A stretch of 64,000 nucleotides of DNA. Source: Entomortierella parvispora E1425. Lineage: Eukaryota > Fungi > Mortierellomycota. Below are positions 14,300-23,740 of the stretch, in pieces. The notes below the pieces were generated by a model. That model did not search any database. It saw only the letters and a list, made by a program, of their open reading frames with translations, and was not told the DNA's origin. How positions within the stretch are numbered: position 1 is the first letter of the stretch; every line of letters begins with the position of its first letter. Location: assembly GCA_020891255.1 (NCBI GenBank), contig BQFW01000009.1:186001-250000 (forward strand), read 5' to 3'. Made by a program: the position numbers and the translations under genes.

Positions 14300-17200
14300 C
14301 TAGTGGCCGTTCTCCACCAACCATTCCTCCAGGGCTGGACCGTCGCGCGAGACCCACTTGCAGCGGATGCGAAGAGCCTCCTTGGCTTGCTCCAGATCAC
14401 GGTCAAACTCCTTGACATCCTTATCCGCAAAGAAGTCCGTCAGGTCCTTGAGGATGGCCTCATCGGCCATGCGGCTGACTGGGATCTTGACCAAAAAGCC
14501 AAGCATACCCATGCTGCCCGTGAACCGCTCGTGCAGCGTTGCCCAGTTGCTCTTGATCCAGCTCCAGGCTGCATGACGGGCCTTAATGTTCATGGACAAA
14601 CCAGAAAGGACGTAGGGCACGTCTTGGGATCGCACCTCGCTCGACAACGCAAACTCAAAGACACGCTGAATCATCTCTTGGCCGTGGACAGAGGCTCCAA
14701 GAGCCACCAAAGTCATTGATTGTTGGTCCTGCTTGGGCGTGGTTCGGTAGTAGTTTAAGACCTGGTCAAATTCTTTGACTCCACCATGGGTCAAGGCGAT
14801 TTCGAAAGCGGTTCGGCGAACTGAGGCGTGCAGGGCAGCATCCTGGTCAGCCCCCTCCTGCATGAACAGCTCAAATCGTCTCAAGCCCTCTTTCACGGTT
14901 GCCTCATGGCCGGCTTTTCCGGCGGCTGAGAGGATGGAACCACGGAGACGGGTGGTGAGGTAATCTTCATTTTCGGGGAACTCCCATCCTAGCTCATGTA
15001 CCAACTTGTCAACCAGTTCGCGTTGGAAGTGCTTAACGCCTTCGTATGTACGGTCATTGACACTAAACAGCTGCGTGATGTTGTCCAACTTTACGAGCAA
15101 GAGGCCCCAAACACTACGAACGAACAAGAAAATAGAAAGGGTTAATACACTCTATTAAACGCCGTTTCAATGGATACTGTCCTGTGCCATAAAAATATAC
15201 TTACACAAAGGTCGTTTCGTTCTTGTAGTATTGAACCAAATCCAACAAACGCTTGACACTGCCATGTCCAGAGGTTGCCAAACTGGACTGATCAGCCAGG
15301 AGACCAGCACGGTCGGAAACTGCCAAATCGGGATGACCGGCCAGGATGGCCTGACCAATCTTGCGGATGGATTCACCCGAGTAGTTAGTGCGGAAAACAC
15401 CTGAAAAGTTCTTGTTGACCAAGAATAAAGAGGGCTCGCCATCCTTTGTCTGTGGGACCTCGAACGTCAAACTGCGAGTGGTCAAGGTCTGATTTGCGTC
15501 TTTGATTGAAGCTGGCTTGGGGTGGATACCCATGGGGATCCACCAAACGGTTTGGTCCTCGTCCTCCGTGACATCGTTTGTGGAGAGGAATCGATGCTGC
15601 TCTACCTTGATCACCCCATCTAATTCCTCGACATTCAGAATAGGGATTCCAATGACGCGTGTCCAAGTGTTCATAAACTCACGAACATCGACCTTGGACT
15701 CTTCCGAAAGTGCGTCCCAGAGATCATTCGTAGTGGCGTTCTTGTACTGGTGCTTTCGAAGGTAACGGCGGATACCAGCCAAGAACACGTCGACTGTCAA
15801 CCAGGTAGAAAGCATGCGGATGACGGAAGCACCCTTGGAGTATGAAATGGCGTCAAAGATCTGATGGATCTCATGGGGATCGGCCACAGGCACTTCAATC
15901 GGATGAGAGCTGCGAAGAGAATCCAGAGACAATCCTTGTTGGTATTCACCCACGACAAAGTTGGACCAGGTGTCCCAGGAAGGGAAGAGATGATCGACAG
16001 CCAAGGTTCCAACCCAGGTGGCAAAGCCCTCGTTAAGCCACAAATGGTCCCACCACTCCATGGTGACTAAGTTTCCAAACCACTGATGAGCAATCTCGTG
16101 CGCAACCACGTAAGCAACCTGCTGTTTGTAGGAGGCCGCTGATGTCTTGGGGTCATAAAGCAATGCTGTGGTGCGGTAGGTAATCAAACCCCAGTTCTCC
16201 ATCGCTCCGGAATCAAAATCAGGGACCGCGATGTGGTCGAGCTTGGCCAGCGGGTACGCGATTCCAAAGATCTCCGCAAAGTATTCCAAGATCTTGGGAG
16301 TAATTTCGAGTGCAAAGCGACCCTGTTCGACCAATCCAGGCACGGTGTAAACTCTGCAAACGACTGGGGTCTCAAGCTTGGTCGTCGTGGTCTCGATGTA
16401 CTCAAAGTCGCCAACAGCAAAGGCGACAAGCTAAAAAAAAAATAAAGAAAAAAAATCCCCAGCCCCAGAAACAAACAGGTTACACATCTTGTGGCGTGAG
16501 AATGGAATTGCAATTGAGCTTTCGTTTTGTGTTCATAGCCGGCAAACAATTGCCCCAGGAAACAAACTTACGTAGGTGGACATGATGGGTGTCTTCTCAA
16601 AGTACACAGTCTTGACGTCCGGTTCCACGGCAGTCATCTCCTTAATGGGTGTATTGGATAAGGCCACCAAATCGAATGGAACGACAAGAGCGACCGAGAA
16701 TGTGGCCTTGCAAGAGGGCTCGTCCCAGCAAGGGAAGGCTTGTCGGGCTGATGTTGCTTCGAACTGCGTCACAGCCATGTATTTGACGTTGCCGTCCTTG
16801 TCCTTGTACTGGGATCTGTAAAAACCATTCATACGGTCGTTCAACTCTCCTGTAAAGTCCAAGTCAAGAATGGCAGAGCCCTTTGGAAGCTCTTGGGGAA
16901 ACGTAAAGGTGACAACCTCCGAGGCAGTAGTCTCAATGCTTGTTGCCTTGTATCTAATGACAAGGAGGAAGAGACGCCGTGATTAATATGTGTCGTGCTA
17001 AGATATTGTTTTTTCGCGCATCATCAAAGGGGCCATCTTACGTTTCTTCGCCAATGATAACGGATGCTCTATCAACGACAAGTGCCTTGGCATTCACTTG
17101 GATGGTAGAGGTCGGTTCATGAATAGCGATGCTAAAATTGTTAAAATAAGGACCGTTGAGAAAACTGTTGCTGAGGACCTTAATAATCCGTTTGAGATTC

Positions 17201-17316
17201 ATTTACGTGATGGCGGCTTCGCCTTTCAAGACAAAGGTTTCCAGGTTTGGAGTCAGCTTCAGTTCATAATGCACAGGGCTGACATTCGTTGGGAGAACGA
17301 CGCGTTCGGGAGACAT
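14300..17316 (-). CDS. M1 family aminopeptidase, tandem paralog 2
   Basis: MSPERVVLPTNVSPVHY, TQFEATSAR, GAMENWGL, HEIAHQWFGN...NEGFA; same orientation as paralog 1 and about 330 bp from it. Confidence 0.95.
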
Positions 17317-17701
17317 GGTGGCGGTGAAGGGGAGGAAGACGTTGTGGAAAGGATAAAGAGTCGGAAAGTGGAAAATAGATGCTTCTTTTTTGCTTCTCGA
17401 AACGTGTGACATCTCAGTCTCAAGTCGCTTGGCACTCGGCAGATGCGGCGAGCCCACGCGGCGTTCTTAAGTTTGTTTGCTGTTAGGCGAGGCGTGTGAA
17501 TTTTGTAACTCGTGTCGTTTCGCGCAGTGTTCAAACCTTCTGGGCTCTTTCTGGACTGCTTTTGGGCCAAACCCCAAACGCCAAGGCCAAGGTCGAGTGG
17601 ACATGATTACAAAAACTCTCGAGAAAAGAGGGCGTTTTATTGGCACAGCATGTGAGCGTGTAGCCACTATGTACACGGATTGGAGTTTCCTGTCTGGGCA
17701 T

Positions 17702-17992
17702 CTACGCGTAGCGGGCGTCGTAGATCCTCTCTGCATTCTGCCTGGCCTGCGTTTGAGCCTTCTCACGATCGACAAAGTTAAGGCCTTTGGTCTCGATCAA
17801 CTTGTCGGCTTCGGCACCTGCCATGGCTGCAAAAACCTCCTTGCTGAACTTGTGGCTGCTATCGGTGCCAGCCTCATGTTTCTTCATGACCTCGTAGGCG
17901 GCAGCACCAGCGATGAGCTCGTGAGACCAAGACGCTTTGTTGGCGCTTGGGTTGTTGTAAACCTCGTCGTGGTGGGAGTCAAATCCAAACAT
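17702..17992 (-). CDS. cipC: CipC-like (DUF3759) small protein
   Basis: HDEVY...KASWSHELIAGAAAYEVMK...KEVFAAMAGAEADKLIETKGLNFVDREKA matches the CipC family pattern; single exon; TATAAA about 65 bp upstream. Confidence 0.85.
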   Translation of the reverse strand: MFGFDSHHDEVYNNPSANKASWSHELIAGAAAYEVMKKHEAGTDSSHKFSKEVFAAMAGAEADKLIETKGLNFVDREKAQTQARQNAERIYDARYA

Positions 17993-18286
17993 GGTGAAGT
18001 GTAGGAGATTATTGTGTGGGTAAGAGTTGCATTTCTTTCGAGAGAGGGCACCCCTTTATATTTGAGAGGCTGACCTTGTCCGCCTAAACATTACCAACAA
18101 CCCTTGCTTTAGTCTGCGATAGAATGAGGGATTTTCGATTTTCCTTGTCCAATCTGAACCTGCATGAAGGGTAGGCCTGAGAAAGACCGAGACCGCAAGA
18201 CGCGCCTTCTGTCCGTCTGACCCACTTTTCTTTGGTAGTCTCCTCCCCACAATTGGTGAGGTTTGAAACACTGAATAAATTTATTT

Positions 18287-18503
18287 GAGTGAACGAATTC
18301 CCACCTCCCCCCGTCAAACATCACTGTGACGGGACGTCAAAATTTATTCTGAGCCCACTTTTGACGGCCCTCTTCCCCCGTCTGAGTTGTCAACTGCGCT
18401 ACTCTGACCCTCTCGCATCCCGTCAGAATGCTTCTCAGCACCTATTCCAACATGCCGTCAACGATTAAATTATCCCTTCATCTTACCACCGGTGAAAAAA
18501 ATC
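18287..18503 (+). repeat. Left TIR of the MULE
   Basis: Exact reverse complement of 27844-28060 when read by eye. Confidence 0.95.
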
Positions 18504-18510
18504 ATCCTTT

Positions 18511-19168
18511 TTATTCGACATTTTTTTCCAAGATAAAAATTGGTGGCAACTCTTCATCATGTTGCCGTTTTTTGGTCATTTGATAGTTTTGCTGTTCTTT
18601 CAGTTCTGATCTGAGATGTCTCAACGCCCATCGATGAACATAACAATGATACACGTCATACAGCATGAGACAGAGAGATTCGACGGAATGAGCAATAGCC
18701 AAGTGTAATACTACTTGAATATGGGCAGGGCAACATTCGAGGGCAGACTGGCCAGAGGCATTGAGGTAACGAAAAAGATCATAGGGGCGGCCATGGTCGA
18801 CTAGGCTATAGGCGAACATGGCTTGGCGTGGAGGGATATTTGTTAGGAGTTGAGGCCTTGGTCCAATTGGCTCTAGGGATGGCCCTAAGCAGAGATACAT
18901 GGGGAAATCGCTTACCGTATGTCAGCCTGCGTTCGTGACAGCACGCGTCTTGTATATCCTGATCTAGAGCCTGACCCGATATCTCACTTTATCACTTTAC
19001 CTCCAGCCTGTAATTCACAACAAGGCATATATTTCCTTCTTTTGTCCAGAGTACATCATACAATGAAAAAGATAAGTCACTAGTAATATCTTTCAGGCGT
19101 CTTATAGTCCAGGATATCTTTTTTTTTTTTTTTTGTAAGGATGACAAAGCCTCATACACAGAACTCAT
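18511..19168 (-). CDS. MULE cargo orfL: small spliced Cys/His-rich hypothetical protein; may have further 5' exons up to about 19993
   Basis: Exons about 19168-19082, 18963-18916 and 18823-18511 join in frame through GT..AG introns; no recognisable domain. Confidence 0.5.
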
Positions 19169-20242
19169 TGCTAATGTAGGAATGGTTGACGACAGGCGGC
19201 GTCTCCATGAAGGAAAAAAAAAAAAACTTAAAAAAAAGAAGAGGCGACGCGTATTGACGCGTGATGCGTGAATTACAAATCTAGGCGACATATGAATTAA
19301 GACAGATCATTGAAGCTGGTTCTACAATAAGAAGATATAATGCTTGCGGCTACTGCACGAGCTATCAATTAATACCTTCAGCAAATAGAAGTATATATAT
19401 CATCATAGGATAAAGATGGAAACAAGATGTAGATTTTTTTCTTTTTTTTTAAAAAAAAAGGCAAAACCCAAGACGAGTCCCCCAAGTACTCTGCGCGCGA
19501 GGGGCTGAAAGCCCCAACTGAGCCTCCGGAGGCCCACCAAAATCACCAGGGAGCTGACTGTTACCCTTATTCATTTTGTGGTGTCCTTTGGGAAGTTTGT
19601 GTGTTTGTGTGAGAGTGAAAGAGCGAATATCAGGTGAGAAACAAAAAAAAAAAAAAAAAAATCGACCGTCGATTTACCTTGCTGCTCTTCCTCCACCCTG
19701 TTTATCTTTCTTCGCTGCCGATCCACTCTTTCCTCGATTCCGGATCTACTGGCACCACAAACCGGGGCGTATACGACGGGTATAACCCCTTCACGGGTTA
19801 GGACTATCTTTTCTGCCAGTCTTTGGCAACGGTCAACTATATGTCGCTCTTGCAGTCTGATCGAGAATAGGAACATCAATATTGCATACGGGTGACTTTT
19901 GACCGAGTAAGACAAAAAAACAACAACTACCCTTCGTGTCTTCCCTGGCAGAGTGGCAGAGTGGCAGAATGCTGTGCCCGGGGTATATGCCACGAGTAGA
20001 CACGCTAGGTGTAGATTTTTTTTCTTTTTTTAAAAAAAAAGGCAAAACCCAAGATCGAACCCGGGTGATAACATACTATAACCCGCAATTATACCGCACT
20101 AAAAAAACCCAAATAAAACATGTGAGGAAAGTAAAAAATATAATTTAAGTACACTTTACGTATACGTATAGATCACGTTATTCACGTGACAATTACCGCA
20201 CATAGTCCTGTTTGATACGCATTTGCACCTCACCATAGCACC

Positions 20243-21609
20243 ATGTCCAACATCAACGCAAACAAGGACATCACCGAACGTCTCGAGCATTTCCGACATA
20301 TTTTCAGGGACCCAGAAGACGTCGAAAAACTTATCAGAACCACAAATTGCCCCAGCGATCACCTGTGTGAAGGTAAATGATAGTGTGTTCATTCCATTAA
20401 AATCATGACCTGTTTCATTAACCTCACCTCGATTTTACTTTGATGTACACAGCTGCACATGCAGTCAAGCATTCTGTCAATGGCAATCACTACTCAGGTC
20501 TTATCCAATCGAGCTGCCCCTCAAATCAGCGGCGAATCTTTTTGACGGTCCAGTTTCTGGTGAGACAGCTATCAGGGACTACACAGGGTGATCAGAAGGA
20601 GACTCTCCAAGGAAGTGGTGAGCTGTATGCTAGGCTTGCATCGGAGCTCGAGGTTGCGGAACCAAGCTTAAGAGGAGTGACGGCCCTAGCTTTATCGACC
20701 ACCGTGGAAAGAATCTCCCAGGATGTTCTCGAGCTTGACTCCTTGGCAGCTTTGGCACCATTCGATTCTATGTTTCAAACTTGTCATTTGAAGTACTGCA
20801 GGATACTCCGTGATATTGAGGCCACTATCCTTAGTGTCAGGCGGGATAAACGTGAGCTCACAGACCAGGAAAAGCAACAATCCCATGCTGCAGAGGTTAC
20901 AACGATCGTCCACCCTCCACTAAAGAGAAGAAGAGCAGTATGCATTGAGGACGATACGGCGGTGGGAAATGTTAGGCATGGCTTGGAGCCGGAGGAATAC
21001 GTGGCTCAACGACCTGATCAAGATAATATCGACAGCCAAGATCATCCGAAAACAGTGGTCTCCTCGGCATCATCATCGGTACGAAACCGACAGCCCACGC
21101 CAATATCAGTACTTATATCTGCGGCGCGACCACCTTCAATTCCAGCAGTCGCTTCTTCATCGACAGGAGCAAAAATGGGGACGGTGCCAGGCACTGAACG
21201 TGATATTCCCTCCAGTGTTTCATCTGAATCGGGCAATAGCTCGAAACAACAGCATCGGGGTGCCAATGGATCGAGGTCTCGAACAATAACTCTAGAGAAG
21301 AGATTGGACGATCTTCTCACTAAACAGCAAGGACAGCAAATGCTACAGGCGCTGCATGTAGTACAGCACGGGCAGCAAATGTCGCAACATAGCCAGCAAG
21401 AGATTTCACGAAAGGTCGATGCCATCCTTCTAAACTTACAACTCTTATCACAGGCGATAATGCAAAGGCTCAACGATGGCCAAGGCCCACACGAGTCTAT
21501 ATGTTGTGCCGAACATGCTACGTCCTCACGGCCACCTATATTTCCCTTACCAACAGTTACTCCGAGGACACCGCAACCTCAAGATCATTCGTTGAGCAGA
21601 CCAGAGTAG
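20243..21609 (+). CDS. MULE cargo orfM: about 430-aa hypothetical protein with an NLS-like motif
   Basis: ATG at 20243; intron about 20373-20451 (GTAAAT..ACAG) joins to the 389-codon ORF; PPLKRRR motif; Ser/Thr- and Gln-rich tail. Confidence 0.7.
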
Positions 21610-22138
21610 ACCTCTCTCTCCTTTGTCCAAGAGAAATTTCTTTATGTGTACATGTACTTGAGTTAGTGCGGAGCATTGAAGAGTCCAGAGTAAATATGTA
21701 CTGTACATAGTTTTTTTGTCACGCAGCCATATTTGGTCTTGCCGGCGACCCATGTGAGTGATTTTTTTTTTTTTTTTTTTTTGACAGAGCACCAATAAAA
21801 CTGGGCAGATTGCTCCAACGTCCTTCAAGTTGAAAGTCGGAGTTGTTCTTTCATCCTCGGAATTCTAACCGTGGACATCAAAGCTTGGGAACATGGCGAA
21901 AACACAGGGTCGTGAAAGAAAAATAAGCGCAAACTCTAATGACACACCATGCAACCATGCATGCGTGAAAATTTTTTTCGGACCTTCATAACGCGTTCCG
22001 ACACTGGGCGTGAAGGTGAAGTGGTGGCTGCTAGATGCATCCACTATGGACTTGGAAGACTTCTAAATCCCTTTTATATGTTGGGCTACATCCTCTTTCT
22101 CACCGCACCTTCTGCTCTTCCCTTCATTTTCTGCCAAT

Positions 22139-23320
22139 ATGCTGGACATTCCCCGCAATTCCACTTCATCTGCCAACCTTGTCCCTATAGACATAGAGAC
22201 CTTCCAACCCGCAGACTGCCCCATCGAATTGGGGCGCGTCTGGGTCCAAGACAAGACTTGCCAGGAGCTACTTGACTGGGCGAGGGTCAACGGTATTCCA
22301 TCAGTCAGTTTGGACGCCTTTTCCGTCGTTTCTCGGCCGCAAGGGGAGGTCTATAATCAGTACGATCTCAGCTCTCTTCGCACTATCCCCGGGAACGGTG
22401 ACCTGACCGATGCAAGAGAGGAGCTGAGAAAGCCCTCCAAAAGCCACTGTCGTCTTGTCATCGACGGCAAAACTCTGACACCTGAAGCGGTCAGATATTT
22501 GCCTCAGGTGATAGATACCGTAAAACGTATTGCCGATATCCGGAGAATGCTTACATGGCTCCAAGATACGGTTTTCCATTTCGATCCCGAGCTTGCAACA
22601 TCATTTGCGGATCTCCTACGCAGAAGCACTCTTGATACTCAGTTTGATCATTTGGGGCAACGCTTAAAGGTCAGGGATATTCTCGAATTCGCTGAGGAGT
22701 CGTGGCTGTCAGAGACTTGCGTGGATGCAATCATCTCATATTTCAAGCATGAGTATGGAGGATGTGACATCCTCTTCATTCCCGCCCGTTTTCTCTGGCA
22801 CCTTGAGCAATATGGGAGGTGCGAGATGGCCTTTGCTGACTGGGGTGGTGACATCACCTGGAAAAAGGAGGATCTTGCGCAAAGACTCTACAGAAGGGCC
22901 TACGGGATAGCCGGTATGGACGCGTGCCATTGGGGGGCTGTACGTATTGATCTCCAAGAGCCTGCCATTAAGTTTGGCGATTCCATGATGCAAGAGATTC
23001 CTACGCCGGCTATTGACGGGATCGTCCAGTGGCTCATTTGCAACATACCAGAGGAGACACAACAGTGGATGGATGCCGAAAGAAATGTCACGAGACTACC
23101 TGTTATTCGCCAAACTGACTTCGGTTCTTGTGGCATCCACGCTGCAGCCGCTATCGAGCAGGATCTGATGCGCGTCCGCAACTGTCCTGACGCAACCGCC
23201 TTTTACGACAATGATCACGGCAGCTGGGAGGGACAGATGGCTCATTACCATCGAGCGCGATACTTGAAGATCATTACGTCGCAATTGAAGGTAATAACAG
23301 TTACTTCTTCAGAGAGATGA
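22139..23320 (+). CDS. Ulp1/SENP-like C48 cysteine protease domain inside the MULE
   Basis: WLSETCVDAIISYF, HWGAVRID (His), GDSM (Asp) and QTDFGSCGIH (Gln oxyanion residue + Cys) give a complete C48 catalytic set. Confidence 0.85.
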   Translation: MLDIPRNSTSSANLVPIDIETFQPADCPIELGRVWVQDKTCQELLDWARVNGIPSVSLDAFSVVSRPQGEVYNQYDLSSLRTIPGNGDLTDAREELRKPSKSHCRLVIDGKTLTPEAVRYLPQVIDTVKRIADIRRMLTWLQDTVFHFDPELATSFADLLRRSTLDTQFDHLGQRLKVRDILEFAEESWLSETCVDAIISYFKHEYGGCDILFIPARFLWHLEQYGRCEMAFADWGGDITWKKEDLAQRLYRRAYGIAGMDACHWGAVRIDLQEPAIKFGDSMMQEIPTPAIDGIVQWLICNIPEETQQWMDAERNVTRLPVIRQTDFGSCGIHAAAAIEQDLMRVRNCPDATAFYDNDHGSWEGQMAHYHRARYLKIITSQLKVITVTSSER

Positions 23321-23740
23321 CCGTTCGACCATGCAAATTCTCCGCAAATGAAAAAAGGGACTTACATTCATATCGACTCTGCTTTTAAATACCCATTAGG
23401 ATGCACTGGATAGCACCCCGATCATGACAGCTTTGTCTCCAGCTCCTCCCGTTAGCATGCCAGCTCGTACGTAAAATAATGATGCCAACCTCATTGTATG
23501 AAGACCCGCAGTTCATTTACCGTTTCGCTCCAATTCGATTGATAGAGTCCGGCAACACCTCCAACATCATCGATTTTGGACCGTACTCCGATCTTAGTGA
23601 TTATGACGAATTGCCGGAAAGGTAATGGATTGTTGGCGATCGATCTTTTGTACCTAGATGCTTGACCTAAAATCGCTCTGAAGAAAGTAAAATAACCGAG
23701 GAAAAAATCTGTGGCCCTGGCCTCTTTCTTCGATCCATAG

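Noticed and set aside
21610-22190. Possible splicing of orfM into the Ulp1 exon to give one giant ORF
   Set aside because: The candidate linker exons contain stops or need an implausibly short intron (about 33 nt); unresolved
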